A DNA stretch of 64,000 bases from Marsupella aquatica (GCA_973895155.1 OZ316895.1:3335659-3399658), one strand, 5' to 3'. Shown: positions 25,601 to 40,374, counted from the first letter of the stretch. The notes: generated by a model not told the origin, from the letters alone. Numbers and translations: made by a program.

Positions 25601-28600
25601 CAATTTCTTTCACTATCCCCATCTTCGAGCCTCTCCCTTCTCAATACTATATCCGGGCTGTTTCCGACACTTGGCTGCAAGCAAGCACAGTTCACGCAGT
25701 CTCTTTCCAACATCTTATATTGCCTGAGGTATGAGACGATTTGGAAATCACTTGATCACTTCATACAGCCATATATAGTTGGTCGACTCTAGTTCCATAT
25801 TAGTATTCCGGATCTCAATATTATGCTAAAAATTATGCGGTCGTAAATTAGATTATGAGTTTTCATGTCTTCTATTTTCTATTGCGCATGTCATCTTTGC
25901 GGCGTAACTGTACCTTTCGCTTTTGCCTCCTTTGCAATTATTAGCTACATCCGCCTCATACGGAGCTGCTTGATCTACGGCCACTACCTGTCACCGCCCT
26001 TGGTAATACAGCATATGAAGGCCGCTACAAATTTTCACACTTCAACCCTATCCAAACTCAGGTACCCAGTTCTACCCTGGTTTTCAGCTCGGCATTGAGT
26101 CAATGTTCATATTAAAGATATCTTAAAGTAGGATGATAGGCATGACATGGTTACTCAAATGTTAAGCTTGGAAGCTTTTGTCAGTTGGACACTGAAAGAA
26201 AACATTGTTGATGGTTGGTGTCATCATAGTCGTATTTGAGAAAATGTATCATTTCTTGAAATAATCCCCGTCATCGTTTTATGTGAAATTTCTAATCAAA
26301 TGTTTGCTGGCAGGCATTCCATATACTTTACCACACTGATAACAATGTTCTCCTTGGGGCCCCAACCGGCAGTGGCAAGACCATCTCAGCAGAGCTGGCT
26401 ATGTTGCATCTGTTCAATACTCAACCCGACATGAAGGTTAGTTTCGGCACTTCCATGTGGACATCTGCAACAGACTGAAGAAGCCGTCACGTTTTCAAGC
26501 ATAAAATGGCTCATTTCTTTTGCATATCTAAAAATTTGTAGCAGGATCCGTGAAAGTCATATAAATTACATATCGCTTAATCTGTTTTCTGCCTATACCC
26601 TTATGCCAAACGAAGTTTGAAGGACTGGGTTCGATTTTGGTTTCTCATTGGCAATCCAGGTCATCTATATTGCCCCACTGAAGGCTCTAGTCAAAGAGAG
26701 GATGGACGACTGGCAGAAAACCCTTATACCAGCACTGGGGAAAAAACTGGTACATCTCTGTTCAAGTCTTTGTTGATTGATTGGTTCCATCAAAACAAAC
26801 GCATTCCTTGCAATTTAATTTCTACGTCCAAAAGATTTGAAGAGCTAACAGCTACCTATTGACAGCATTTTGCCGAATGAAATTTCAGGAAGTGATTGAT
26901 TTACATTTTGCCTTTCTCTGTCGATAAGGTGGAGCTAACAGGTGATTTTACGCCCGATCTTCTCGCTCTTCTGGCCGCTGATATTGTCATCACAACTCCT
27001 GAGAAGTGGGATGGTATAAGCCGAAACTGGCACAATCGATCTTACGTTACTCAGGTAATTTTCCTTTTGATGTCTCGACTATAGACTCTAGTTTTTGTTG
27101 AGAAATCTACAGCACTCACTTTTCTTTGTGGTATCCTGATCATGCCAGGTTGGACTTATTATCATTGATGAGATCCACCTTCTTGGAGCTGATCGAGGGC
27201 CCATTCTTGAGGTATGTGATGGCTCTTTGAATGTGATGTGCATCAGAAGGAAGGTGTTTCATATGGATTGTTTATTTTCTTGACTTGGGCACGGCGGCTT
27301 AAGTTCTGAGAAGCTCGGTCTGTTTTGCTCGGTCTATGAGAAGATCGACTGATATGTAACTGAATTATTCTTTTACTGTATTGCTTGGATGAATCTACCT
27401 TATTTTGAAAGATGCACTCGAAGCCGTACTGCTGTCGGCATCTGTGGTTGTGACGTGATTTGTTTAAAGCTTCGGCAGGTCCTCCTTTCAGAAATCTATT
27501 CTGGAATAAGTGGGACTATCGACAGTTTTAATGAGTTGTCGCAACGATTTTAATTTAGCCACGTACTTGCACCTTGACTTCAGGTTATTGTATCGCGAAT
27601 GAGATATATATCTTCACAGACAGACCGCCCTGTTAGATTTGTAGGTCTATCAACGGCACTTGCAAATGCACGGTAAGGTGCCTTCGACACTATTCAAATC
27701 TCTTGGTAGAAGCTCCGATCATAACACTCAAATTGTAAATTTTGCCACTGCATCTGGCCGCTGTCAGTGTGGTGCATGATACTGTCGTCTCTATCTGTGG
27801 CCCTTGTCGTCATTTCCCATGGATTTGAATGTAGTTGTGTTCCCAATTTGTTTCTGAATGCAAAGGAAGCCCTTGTGACGCTGTTCCGTCATATCTTAGC
27901 CATATATTAAAGTGCTGGAACGTTTCGGAACACTAAATAGGTCATGCATAGTATGATTGGGTGTGTGAAAGTTTGGTATTAGTCTTATCCAGATACCTCC
28001 TCCACCCAGAGGTACCTTGATTTTATGCACACTAAGTGGCCTATACTGGGAATCTTGGCTGCTTTCAGGGACTTAGCGGACTGGCTAGGAATTCAAGATG
28101 TCGGTCTCTTTAACTTCAAGCCCAGCGTACGGCCTGTTCCACTTGAAGTTCACATACAGGTCCGTGGGGTAAATGCTACTTTTTAAAGATCTATCAACTA
28201 GAGGTGAACTTCTAGAAATCATCTGTGACGTGTTTATGTAGTTTCTGACAAGTGAAATTTAATCTTTTAGTTATGTTGTCCGAAGCAGGGTTATCCCGGC
28301 AAGTTTTATTGCCCACGTATGAACAGTATGAACAAGCCGACTTATGCAGCCATTACTACGCTATCACCATTCAAGCCAGTGCTGGTGTTCGTTTCCTCTC
28401 GTCGGCAGACTCGTCTCACGGCTCTGGACCTTATCCAGGTATATAATGTGTCGTGCAGCTTTAGACAGGCAGCCACTTGGCATAGTACCACCTTTGCCAC
28501 ATGCTGATTTCATATCAATGTCAGACAGAAGTAGGACTGCAGAGACATTCGCCTACCGGCAAGGGTGCGGCGATTGTATCACATAATATTTTTCATCCTA

Positions 28601-31600
28601 GTGCCAAGTCTCCATGCAAATATGATATTAACTCTAGTATTCTCAACGGCAGTATGCAACTGCGGATGAACGCCCACGGCAATTCTCAAGTATGTCCGAG
28701 GATGAGATGGAAATGATTTTGTCTCAGGTTGTAGACAACAACTTGAAGCATACCCTTCAATTTGGGATCGGTTTACATCATGCTGGACTCAATGAGCGAG
28801 ACAGAACGCTTGTTGAGGAACTTTTTACCAATGTCAAAATTCAGGTAAGAGCTTGCAGGATAGTTTAAGAGATGAAGAGTGAAGCACGGGTTTAGGTGTT
28901 CAGCCGCCCTTTTGATTTTGAATCTGGAAGCGTAGCCTGAAACTCATGTATTGAGTTGATTTTTTCTCACCGTGTGCTTGTTTCAGGTGCTGGTATGCAC
29001 GAGCACTTTGGCGTGGGGTGTGAATTTACCTGCACATTTAGTCATAATAAAGGTACAATAAGAACTGTGGATTAAATAGGGAATTCTTCTATTAACTATT
29101 GCTTACTAAAGAAGGGAATGTTACACTATCTAAGCTTTGCAGTAATGAATGAGGCCCGTTAAACTTACTCCAAAATCTGCTCTTCTCTCTCTCATGACGC
29201 GGATCGTGATTATTATCTATTCTCTGAATTGTCACAGGGAACAGAATTTTTTGACGGGAAGTCAAAACGATATGTGGACTTTCCGATAACTGATGTCCTC
29301 CAGATGATGGGAAGGGCTGGTAGGCCCCAGTATGATAATCAAGGGAAAGCTGTCATCCTTGTCCATGAACCCAAAAAGAGTTTTTACAAGAAGGTCTGCA
29401 CCTCTCTTCTGAAAGATTGTGTTAGAAAATCCCTCGTAATGTTAATCGTAGTCACAGTATGCTGAGTACACCTCATTTCAAGTCATACGAGAAGGATAAG
29501 GCATTCTGACTTCACTTCGTGTCCAATTTCGCAGTTTCTGTATGAGCCATTTCCAGTGGAGAGTAGTCTGGCTCAGCATCTTCACAATCACTTCAATGCT
29601 GAAATTGTATCCGGAACCATTGCCAGTAAGCAGGATGCAGTTGACTATTTAACCTGGACATATCTGTTCCGTCGCTTGGTACGTTGAAACAATACGCAGC
29701 CGACGAAATTTCAGGCATTACTTTTGTCATCACGCAGTTGTCTTGCGATTGGAAAAGAGGTTATGAGCTCTGCAGTGAGATTTCCGTGCTTCCTGTGACA
29801 GGTCATGAATCCCACGTACTACAACCTGGAGGACACGAGCAGCGCAACTTTGAACGCTTACCTCTCCAGGTTAGCCCAGGGTTCGTTTGTTTCATTGTTT
29901 AGATAAGAAAAGAATTATCATTATTTTTAGGAATGAAAAATTTCAGTTATCAGTTTGGGTTGGACCTTACTCATTAGTGAGGAGCGTAAGTTTTGTGGGT
30001 ATTCGGGCTCATCAGCTTGCTCACGGTGGGACTGCCCTCATTGCAGTTTAGTGTCGAGCACATTACAAGCTTTGGAAGATGCTGGTTGTATTCGTTTGAA
30101 TGAGGATGACACCGTGGAACCCTTAATGCTGGGCATGGTAGCTTCTCAGTACTACTTGAACTACACCACAGTGTCCCTGTTCAGTTCAAATATCAAAATT
30201 GATACGTCACCTGAGGTACGAACCAGTGTAAACAATGTTATTCATGTGGCATTCAACCACCTGCCAGACATAAAATTGAAATGCTCCAAGAAAAGGCATC
30301 TTATACCGCAACGGTGCTGTCGTGAGAGGCATGACCAAAAACGTACTCGTTCTTTCATGCTCTTGTTCCCATGGCCCTGACTATCACTTCACTTCTTGCA
30401 GACGCTTTTACACGTTCTTTGTGGGGCTGGTGAATATGATGAGTTACCGGTCCGCCACAATGAGGTAGCAGTTCGAATTCCGTGACCAAAACATTCTGAA
30501 TGAATTACAGCACGTTCATTTCCCAGAAATCTGGAACTGATCAAAATGGTTAGGAGCATTTACTGGGGTGGTATGTTTACAGAAGTCTAATAAAAGTTCG
30601 TCTCCAGGAGAATTTCAATGACACGCTCTCTAAGGAAGTTCGGTATGCTGTTGACAAACGCTTGCTGGATGACCCTCATGTGAAGACTAACTTACTCCTC
30701 CAGGTCTGCTCTTTCATTACTCCATTCAACTTTGTGCCTTATTTTTAAGACCATGCCTGGATCCTTGAATGTTGAGATGTTCACAGCAGCTTCAGCAGGC
30801 TTTGGTCCTTGCTGCAGCTGACCTGTCGGATTGTTAATAACGAAGCCAGTGCATTTGACCAAGATTTCTGATCCTCAGCTCAATTTTTCAGATCCATAGA
30901 CAAAAAAAATGTTGAATATAGTCCAGATTGTTGTCTTCAATTGTTCTTTGAAGGCCTATAACTGAGTGCTAGATGTGCTTTGTGAAGCGTTTCAGGCATA
31001 TATCTTTCATCCAACTAGGTACTTAGCATTGATTAAAAATATTTTGCAACTCCCAAAAGGTGTAAATACAAAATGTGGCCACGCTTTAAAATTTTGTGAT
31101 GTGTCATATTGCAGGCCCACTTCACCAGACTAGACCTTCCGATCAGTGACTATGTGACAGACACAAAATCTGTCTTGGACCAAAGTATCCGAATTTTGCA
31201 AGCAATGGTGGATGTTGCTGCAAACGGGGGATGGCTTCAGACTGCCCTTAGTACCATGCACCTCTTACAAATGGTTATGCAGGTTGCTTTTCTGCTTCAA
31301 ACGTGCCTACCATACTGGTTTAATTATCAGACAAGTTTAGAAGTAGACAGGAACACTCGATTCATTCCGTTAGTTGTGGTCAGCTGAATCTGTCTATTCT
31401 GATGCACGGGAATCTGTTAAAATGATTGGACATTCATAACCTGGATTGAGATGTGAGCTCTCTAGACTTTGTCCATGTTCGGAGATAACTTTTTGTGACA
31501 ATTTCTTCCGAGGATCTTATAGAAACAGAATCCCTTAGGTTCCTTCTCATGGGATGAAGTCTGATGGGTAGATGTTCTGCACAGGGGCTTTGGCACGATA

Positions 31601-33008
31601 GCTCACCATTGTGGATGCTGCCATACATGGAGGATCGTATCCTGGATGCTTTCTCCCATCGAGGCATATCTACAATGCGGAAACTATCACTCATGTCAGC
31701 AGACTCTATTCGTGAGATGCTCAGCAAATTTCTCTCGCCAGCTGAGGTTTCCAAATGGATTCAGGTATTTAAACGGATCTCTGATCTTGTGGTTTGTGTG
31801 AGATCTTGTTTTCCATGAGTGGGATGTGTAGTATGCAAATGTTCAACTCATTTGCATGGAAAATGTAACCCCCATGCTTGGTCTCGGGACTTCAGCTATC
31901 TTTAAAATAGAAGCCTACTTGCACAACCCAGTTCGCACTTGGCCAAGAGTATTGTCTCTTACGATGTTTTGACAATGGTCCTGGCTTGTCTTTGAATTTG
32001 CAACTATTGGCTACAGAAGAAGTGTCACTTAAATGAGCAAACTATTTGTAGTAAGAGTTTTTGCTGCTTAGGATAATAGACCCAGAAAATGTAACGACAT
32101 AGTGCAGAACCTTAAAGGCATAATGTCCACCCATGCTTGTAAAGTCTGAATGGTTAGTGAAGTCAGCTACCTTCGACGGCCGTCAACTCATATCCGTCCT
32201 GGATCGTCTGAAGTCAGTATGGCGGACAAACTGGAAAGGTTTATCGCTCTACGTCTGTTAACACACCAGGCCAAATCTCCTTTGGAATGATGTAGATCTT
32301 GTCACGATTACCCAGAGTTGATCTCAAGTGGAATGTGCTGCGGAAAGGATCTCCTGAACCCTCACTGTTTGTGGAAGTCCGGCTTTCGAGAAGAACAACT
32401 TCTCGCTCTTTAAGTGCTAGGGCATATGTCCCTCGCTTTCCTAAGGTATGTGTGCTCGATTTTCTTAGAAATTGTCTTTCATTTCTTTGGCTCTTATGAA
32501 GCATTCAATTCTTGAGATGCAGACTCACCTTTGACGAGATCTCGCAAGCGTTATGTTTAAGTACTCTTATTTAACTGAACATGCAGATCAAAGAAGAAGG
32601 CTGGTGGTTGAGTTTAGGAAATCCGAAAACATCAGAACTCTATGCTCTAAAGCGAATAAGTTTTGTCGACCGGCTAACAACAACCTTGGCTGTACCGCTA
32701 AATTCCAGAGGGCTGTCAGAGGTGATTTACCTGGTCTCTTGTCCCGCCTTGTGATTTCGAAGCTTCTTAATCTCTCGTTATTTGCCATTTCATTTCAGCC
32801 TGATAAATAGCTGAGAGATAACAGAGAACGTTTCATTTCAGACATGTTCATTATACCCATAGCTAATTCCTCTTTGTTTCTTTTTCAGAGAATATCTTTG
32901 TTTCTGGTTTCGGACTGCTACTTGGGCTTTGATCAGGAATTCTCACTTGGACGGATTGTTGATGATGGTCTGTCATCATCTGACGAGAAAAATATCATTC
33001 CATCGTAG
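13674..33008 (+). CDS. ASCC3: Ski2-like DExH-box helicase, ASCC3 / DExH14 type (two helicase cassettes with Sec63 domains), about 50 exons
   Basis: Spliced N-terminus MPGLQ|IPRLTTTLR...[10 protein letters not shown] (13674-13688, 14034-14149). Cassette 1: APTGAGKT (~17605), [12 protein letters not shown] and DEVH (~18620-18720), [38 protein letters not shown]. Cassette 2: APTGSGKT (~26358), DEIH (~27167), [18 protein letters not shown]. Last exon ...[12 protein letters not shown]... with TAG at 33006-33008. The N-terminus resembles Arabidopsis At5g61140 rather than Brr2, from recall. Confidence 0.93.
20271..20350. repeat. Intronic 10-bp minisatellite (x4) with an inverted copy
   Basis: taggttactg taggttactt gaggttactt taggttacat, followed by atgtaacct at ~20338. 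Confidence 0.7.
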
Positions 33009-35225
33009 AAAACAAGGAGGCTCGTTATACCCATCAAGAGTTCACTTGAAAAGGGTGGGGAATAATAATCACCTGAAATGCGAAGCCCCTGATCTACTTC
33101 TATCGGTCCAAAGGTCTAGTAAGTTTTCAGTCGAGAAATTTGTCAGAGGTAATTTGAGACGAGGAAACTTGACTGGACCATCATTTCAGCGAATCTTAGG
33201 CATGTCCTCGACTAATGTCAGACGTCTCAGCGAGAAGATAATTTTATCTGAATTTTGTTGCTAGAACAGGGCTCCACAATTCAACAACACTATACATCGA
33301 ACTACGTATTACCTTATCAGTTGCAGCTTTCTCTCAAGAACCATTGCACCTTTCGCTAAGGAATGCTGCAGTCATTGGTCAGAAAGCAGACTAATGCAGC
33401 AGGGGAAGCATCAATCCAATCCAACCTAATCCGGGCATTATTCAACAAATGGCAGATATGTGTTTTGGATATCACTGTTCTATGTTGCGAACGATTTTTT
33501 CGAGGAATTCAGATTTATTTCTGAAGAGGACCAGTCCATGTTGCACATGTCCACTTGCTGCCTGCTGCTTCTTGGCATTATTTAAGCTGTCGGTCTCATT
33601 GGCCCCCACACCCACCATCACCTCCATCACCACAAAAAACCGACCAAAATAGTACTTGGGAGAAGCTGTAAAAGTAGTGTTATAATGCCAAGTTTGCTTT
33701 ATGTCTATTGGGGTTTTGTGAGTTCATCTGAGCACCCTATCAAGCCTTTGTGACCATCTGGGGCTTCTCTGATTGCTTGCAAGCATTATAGTTACTGGAA
33801 AGTAACACTGACACGAGGAATTGTATTGGAGGTGAGTAGGTAGTGGGTCACAATTGCCTCAACATATGTTTGGAAGTTTGCATTGGACCCCAATCAAGCT
33901 CAGTTTTTCTTTTTCCTTTTTCCCTTTCTGTGGTTACTTTGCAATGGAACACGCAGATCCCCACAGGAAAGGGTGCCAGGGCAAAGCCCAACACAAAAGG
34001 GGTAGAGCCACACCTTAACGCCAGAGGGTGCCAAGGACTTGCTCACTTCAATAGTTGTAGATGTTTAACTTATGGTCTTTGAATGTGATTGGGAGGAAGT
34101 TTCATCAAATTTTAGGTTCCTGCCTACTGATCAATTTCTACTTTATTTAAATGTTGACGACGGGGAGCCAAGAGTAGACAATGTAATCGTGCAGGAACCT
34201 AAAACCCTTTCCTGCCTATATGATGATTATTCGTTTACGATTGTGACTACAAGTTTTAATAAAACCTGGCTGCTGAAGATGGGTAGCGCTTCTTGCCTTA
34301 CATCTTGTGTGGGGGTGGGGAAATCATGTGCAATTGGCAGCCTATTAAATTATTCTTATGATTAAAAGTTCATCTTATTTTCGTTTGTATTTACAGCTTC
34401 TGGAACATCTTGTTACATAGCAATGGAGCAAATTTCAAGGATTGTGATTCTTGGGAATTTACAAAAGTAGTGCGCCATCAAATGAAAACACATGCTTGTT
34501 AAAATTTCAAATAGCAACCTGCAAATACGCCACCACATCATGAATAGAACATGGCAGGGAACTTTCCAAGGCCGCACCTGATCCATGGTCATGTGATCGC
34601 TAATGTTGAGGCGACGCTGACTATCATCAAGAGTGACAGTGTACAACCAGGCCCTCATCATGAGCAGCATGGAGTTCTCTGAATGTGTTGTCGCTCTTGA
34701 TGATAGTCAGCGTATTTGGATAGTAAAGTATGAGCGGGCTTGCAGCACTGTATGCAATGGGTTTCCGGCAAAAATTGGGACCTCTTATGATTCCCAGACA
34801 GACTGGTCGGGGCTCACATTCTGCGCCCGACTAGTTCTTACCATTGCCTTAGCCCTCGAAACTCCCGTGCACTGTGAAGCGTGAAAATTGGTCATATTTG
34901 AGACGCCCTATTATAACACTTCAGGGCAAGAGATTATGGGAATAGTAAGAGAGTGCCTATGAAGTTGTTTAAACACTTATAACCTGCATTCAATTACGGT
35001 CCTGATTATGGTACACTCTCAACTACAATTAGTGCTAGTCACTCTAATTACATAGCCCTTAAAATTTTAAGTCTCATATAAAATAGTGTGCATCACATTA
35101 TTTTACTGCGATTAGTGTTAGTCACTCTAATTAGGTAGCCCTTGAAATTTCAAGTCACATAAAATAGTGTAAGTCACATTATTTTAGATGTCACACGAAT
35201 TACAGTTAACAAGAAATCACACTTT

Positions 35226-35518
35226 TGTTGGAATCTATCGTAAGTAGACTGAATACTGAAGATGCAGCGGAGGGCCATATAAGTAGAGAGAGGAGATCGC
35301 AGATCAAGGGAGATCGACGGACTGGGCTACTAACCTAGACCTACTAGTAATAAGAGACACCGCTAACTAAGCAGAGTGGGGAGCGCATGGGGCGCACCTA
35401 CTGTATTTACTACCGTAAGTGGGGAGCGCATAATGCGCTCCTGTCAAGCTCATAGTACTAAGGACAGCGAGTGGTCTATTACTCCCTTAATGTCACGAGT
35501 ACAGCGCAGTTTCTAACA
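35226..35518 (-). repeat. 3' LTR (293 bp)
   Basis: Identical to 40375-40667 except one C/T (gagatcgc versus gagattgc). Adjacent polypurine tract AGAGGGGG at 35519-35526 on the minus strand. Confidence 0.97.
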
Positions 35519-35832
35519 CCCCCTCTCGAGTGAGTAAGGGAGGAACAGAGTGCAGAAGGCGGAGTGCGGCGAGATGAGAGAGAAAAAAATGTCGTTCATT
35601 GGCATCTTGATAGTGTGTCTCAGTGCAAGCTGCGAGATGCTTGGGTATGCCTTTACTGTGCTGCACATCGGTTGCCGGATAATGGCACGGTGGATTCCAT
35701 TGATGCAAGAGCCGGTAGAGCCGGTAGTTTGTTGTCAGTAGTGGCGGGTGAGTCGATGCAGCTGGTGGAGGAGAGTAGTGGTGAGGCGTTATCAGACTTT
35801 ACAGGAGGTAGTGCTGATCGATTTCAGCAATA

Positions 35833-38800
35833 CTAGGATTGAACATCTACTTCTGAAATCGAAGTGACCCCAATAAATTGTCGATGTTTTTCGAATTTGT
35901 GTCTCGAAAGAGGTTTCGTGAGTAAATCTGCGGGATTATCAGCTGTGTTAATGTAAGACAGAGTAACTTCCCCCTCTAGCACTCTTTCGCGCACGAAATG
36001 ATGCTTTCCTTCGATGTGCTTGGTGCGTGCATGGAACACAGGATTTTTGGCCAGCTTGATAGAGCCCTGATTGTCACAATGTAAATGAACGTCTAAAGAA
36101 GTAGGAGTAGAGGCCTGAGCAAGATTGCCCTGGATGGTTGGATTTGAAATACCAATAGGGACCTTAATAGCCGAGGTATCATTAAGTTCCAGAAGGAGTC
36201 GTCGCACATAAACAGCCTCCTTGGTGCCCTCAAATAACGCTTTGTATTCCGCTTCAGTAGTGCTATCCGATACAGTGGTTTGGAGTTTGTTGGACCAGGA
36301 GATAGGTCCATTGGCAAGCTGAATGAGGTAGGCACCTCGGGAGCGACGAGTATCAGGACAGCCTAGAAAGTCAGCATCCGTGAAGCCTTGAAGAAGAGAC
36401 GTATTAGAGCGCTGAAATTGAATGCCAAAATTGGTAGTCCCCTTTAGGTAACGAAGAATATGCTTGACAGATTCCCAGTGACGTTCTTGTGGACAAGACA
36501 TATAGCGGCTGACAATCCCAACAGCGTATGCGATGTCGGGTCGAGTATGGGTGAGAAATATTAACTTGCCAACAGCATGACAATAATCAGTGACATCCAC
36601 AGAGGGCGTGCTAGTGTCACAAGTAAGAACGTGTCCTTCTGGGAGCGGAATATGCTCATGTTTGGAGTCCTGCATGCCAAATTCCTGAACAAGTTGTTCA
36701 CAGTAAGCCGTCTGGTGAAGAATCATTCCAGATGGGGTGGGAAGAAATTCGACTCCAAGATACTTTTGTGCCAGGCCTAAGTCCTTCATATGATACTTTT
36801 GATGAAGGTGAGCCTTGACTGTAGCAATTTGATCTGAGCAGCTACCGGGGATAAGTAGATCATCAACGTAGAGCATGATGATAACTAGCTGACCATCTTG
36901 GTGTCGAAAGTAGAGATTTGGGTCAGCAAGGCTCCGAGTCCATCCGGTAGATCTTAAGTGAGAGTCAATTTCTTCATACCATGCCCGGGGGGATTGTTTT
37001 AATCCGTAAAGGGACCGTCGTAGTTGCAGACCATGCCTTCTTTGCCAGGAATGACAAAACCCTGTAGTTGGTGCATATAAATTTCTTCCGTAAGGGTGCC
37101 ATTCAGGAAGGCGGTGACAACGTCCATGTGATGGAGAGGCCATCCGTTGGCAACAGCTAAGGCAATGATGGTGCGCAATGTTGACCATTTAACTACAGGA
37201 GCAAAGGTTTCATTATAGTCTACACCAAATTTTTGCTCAAATCCACGAGCAACTAACCTTGCTTTGAGACGGAACCGGGTGGATTCGAGTTTGGCCCGAA
37301 AGACCCATTTGGCTGTAAGAGCTCTTCTGCCAGCGGGGAGGTACACAAGTTCCCAAGTCCCCATATTCAGGAGAGATGCAATCTCTTCTTCCATAGCCTT
37401 TTTCCAGCCAGGATGTTTGAGAGCCTCCTCTGGAGATAGCTGCTCACATTCTGGACTAGCAGATTCGACTAAGTTGGTGCTCATATCGTAGTCATCGTGC
37501 CAAGGTGGTGGTCGATGAGCTCTTAGAGAATGTCGAGTGGCAGCCGGCCGAGGTGGAGGAGGAACTGCTGGAATGTTGGGCTGAATATTTGGCGCAGCGG
37601 GCTCAGGTTGAGCAGCATCAGCAGGTATGATGTTGGCCTGGTCCACGATGCCATGCTGGACTTGCTCGGGTCCAGGAAGAATTTCCCCCTCTGGGACGAG
37701 AGGCCCAGGTTGATGTTGTTGGTCGAGAGGATCCTCATCTGAAGTTGAGAGAAGTTTGGTGAAAAAATCAGCAGCAGAGGAACGAACTGAGGAAGGGATG
37801 CACATCGTATTCTCATCAAAAATAACATCTTTGGAAATGAGAATTCTGTGGCGCACGGTGTCGTAGCATCGATAAGCCTTGGACTCCTCATCATAACCAA
37901 GAAATAAAGTAGGGATAGACTTAGCACTTAATTTGGAGCATAGTGAGTCTGGAAGAAGCATGTATGCCGTGCAGCCGATCACGCGAAGGTGCCCAAGGTC
38001 AGGCTTAGTACCATGAAGAGCTTCGAACGGAGTAGTCTGACGGAGGGCCTTCGTGCCTGAACGATTTTGAATATAGTTGGCCGTGCGGATGCTCTCAGTC
38101 CAAAGTGAGAGAGGGGTGTGTGAACCGATGAGAATACTGCGAGCGCCTTCAAGAAGTGTGCGATTTTTCCGTTCAGCCACCCCGTTTTGATGAGGGGCAT
38201 TAGCCACAGTCAATTGTCGTCGAATGCCATTTTCTCTGCAAAACTCAAGGAACTCGGTAGACATGTATTCTCCACCACGGTCAGAGCGGAGACAACTTAG
38301 CTTGTGGGAGAATTTATTCTCAACCATAAGTCGAAATTCCTTAAAGATATCAAATGTCTCACTTTTTCTGGATAAGAAATAAACCCACGTGAAACGGGAA
38401 AAATCATCGATGAAGGTTAGGATATACTTGGAAGGGGCAGGACCTCGGACTGGTCCACATAGATCAGTGTGAATAAGTTCCAAAGGGCGACAAGTGCGAG
38501 TCGTGGAATGTTTTGGAATCTTCTCTCGATGATGTTTGCCAAGTGTGCAGGTATGGCAAACTCGTTTGACTCGTGGTAGCAGCAGAATACCAGTAACTAA
38601 GGAGCCCTTAGACATATGGTGTACCATCTGGTAATTGATGTGACTTAAGCGTCGATGCCAGAGTTCGACTTGATCGGAAGTCGATGTAGCAGTGGTCGAG
38701 ATTGGTGCAGCATGATCAGGAGTTGAGACCTCAGTAACCAGTGCAGGAGTTGATCGAAGCTGTACACGTAATGGTGAATAGGGAGGAGTGAGAATAGGAA

Positions 38801-40178
38801 GTCGTTGACGAAGCTTATAAAGCTTGTTCCGAGGATCTCTGGTGCCGTGGAGGAAGACCTTCCGTGGATTATCTTTGTCAAAGATGAAACAGGACTTAGA
38901 ATTGAAGAGAATAAGGTGTCCTGCATCTGTTAGATTTCCGATGGATAGAAGATTACGTTTCAGACCCGGGACGTACAAAACATTGGAGACAACTTTATTC
39001 TCATCAACGGAGACACTGCCCTGGCCAGCTACGGGAAGCTGAGTGCCACTGGCAGTGGTTACAGAATCAGAGCGGGCACCTGGGGTGATATTGTGGAACA
39101 CAACATTATCACCGCTCACATGAGTACTTGCACCGGAGTCTAAAATCCATTCGCTAGAGCTACGCTGAGCATTGATCTCAGTGAAGTTGATCTCGATAGG
39201 TTCGCCTTCGTCAGTGGCAAACTCAATCTGGTCTTCTTCGTCGACCTCTGCCTCAGGGAGGAGCTCAGCAATGTTGGCCTGGGGACGGAACCTGCGAATG
39301 CCTGCAGCTTTCAACTGTAGGTCAGCAATCTGATCATCTAGTTTCTTAAGGTCACAATCAGCTTCCCAGTGACCTACCTTGCTGCAATAGTTGCAGTTCC
39401 CGAGCCTCCTGCCACGTCCAGCAGGATTTGGACGTGGATTACGAAAGTTGCCAAAGTTGCCGTTTCCTCGTGGCTGATTGTAGCCATCGTTTCATGGCTG
39501 AAAGTGTCCCCGACCTCGACCAAAGTGACGTGTAACAGCCATTGCTTCCTCCGTCACCTCGATCTGCTTCCCCTTCTTCCAATACTCTTCAGCCTGGAGG
39601 CGTTCAACCAGACTGGAGTAGGTTGGCTTTGGAGTGCGAGACAGATCAGCTGCAAACATAGAGACAAAGGGACCCCAGGAACTTGGGAGCCCTTTAAGTA
39701 CGATGTGTATTAGGCGAGTCTCATCAGTTTTGGCATTGATGCTGGACAAGTGACCAGCAAGCTCGTTAACAGTGTTGATGTACGTTTCAACCGAGCCACC
39801 ATTGCTCATGGTGACGCTTTGAAGCTTCTGCTCCAACAGTAACTGTCGCTGAAGAAGATTGCCTCCGAATCGTTGTTGAAAGTGTGCCCAACATTTGGCA
39901 GGGTCAGCATTGTATCGGTCAACAGTGGGCAGGAACTTGGACTTGACTGTAGCTGCCAAGATTGAAGTTGCCCGAACCTTCTTCTTCTGCTTTTCAGCTG
40001 CCGTCAGGTGCTGACCTCCGTCAACAATGTCACCATTGGCGTCTGGCTTCACGCCAAAGTTCAGCTCATCAAATAGTTCATCTCTTCGCAAGAGATTCTT
40101 GACCACTATGGTCCAAGTCATGTGATTCACAGAGCCATCGAGCTTGTCGCTCTCTGAGAATAATCTAAGTAGGTCCAT
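35833..40178 (-). pseudogene. Copia gag-pol polyprotein disrupted by an in-frame TGA (39492-39494) and a 1-nt frameshift (~37023)
   Basis: Gag ...VLKGLP...; zinc knuckle CNYCSKVGHWEADC; protease WILDSGAS; integrase WHRRLSH..CHTC, HTDLCG, SDRGGEY, VAERKNRT; RT KARLVARGF, LYGLKQSPRAW, YVDD; RNase H TDADF, EAEY, CDNQG, ADLLTK. Confidence 0.95.
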
Positions 40179-40361
40179 TTGGGATTACCGATGGTGTAAG
40201 TGCAGTTTGAGGAATTCTCACTCAGACTGTAGTTACACGTATCTCGTTTCTACACGAGGAGCTGTCTAAAGAGTGCGCTAATCAGGGACACTTTCTACCT
40301 GATGACTGCACTATCGTTCTAATCTCAGATTACGAAGATGTAGCTAATCTTTCAGAGCCCT

Positions 40362-40374
40362 GGCTCTGATACCA
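40362..40374 (-). other. Primer-binding site (initiator tRNA-Met)
   Basis: TGGTATCAGAGCC lies immediately inside the 5' LTR. Confidence 0.95.

Noticed and set aside
13674-33008. Calling the helicase Brr2/U5-200K
   Set aside because: The N-terminus and the intact second-cassette motifs ([12 protein letters not shown]) fit ASCC3/DExH14 better.
39492-39494. Programmed stop-codon readthrough between gag and pol
   Set aside because: The stop precedes the zinc knuckle, lacks CARYYA context and is explained by CGA>TGA.
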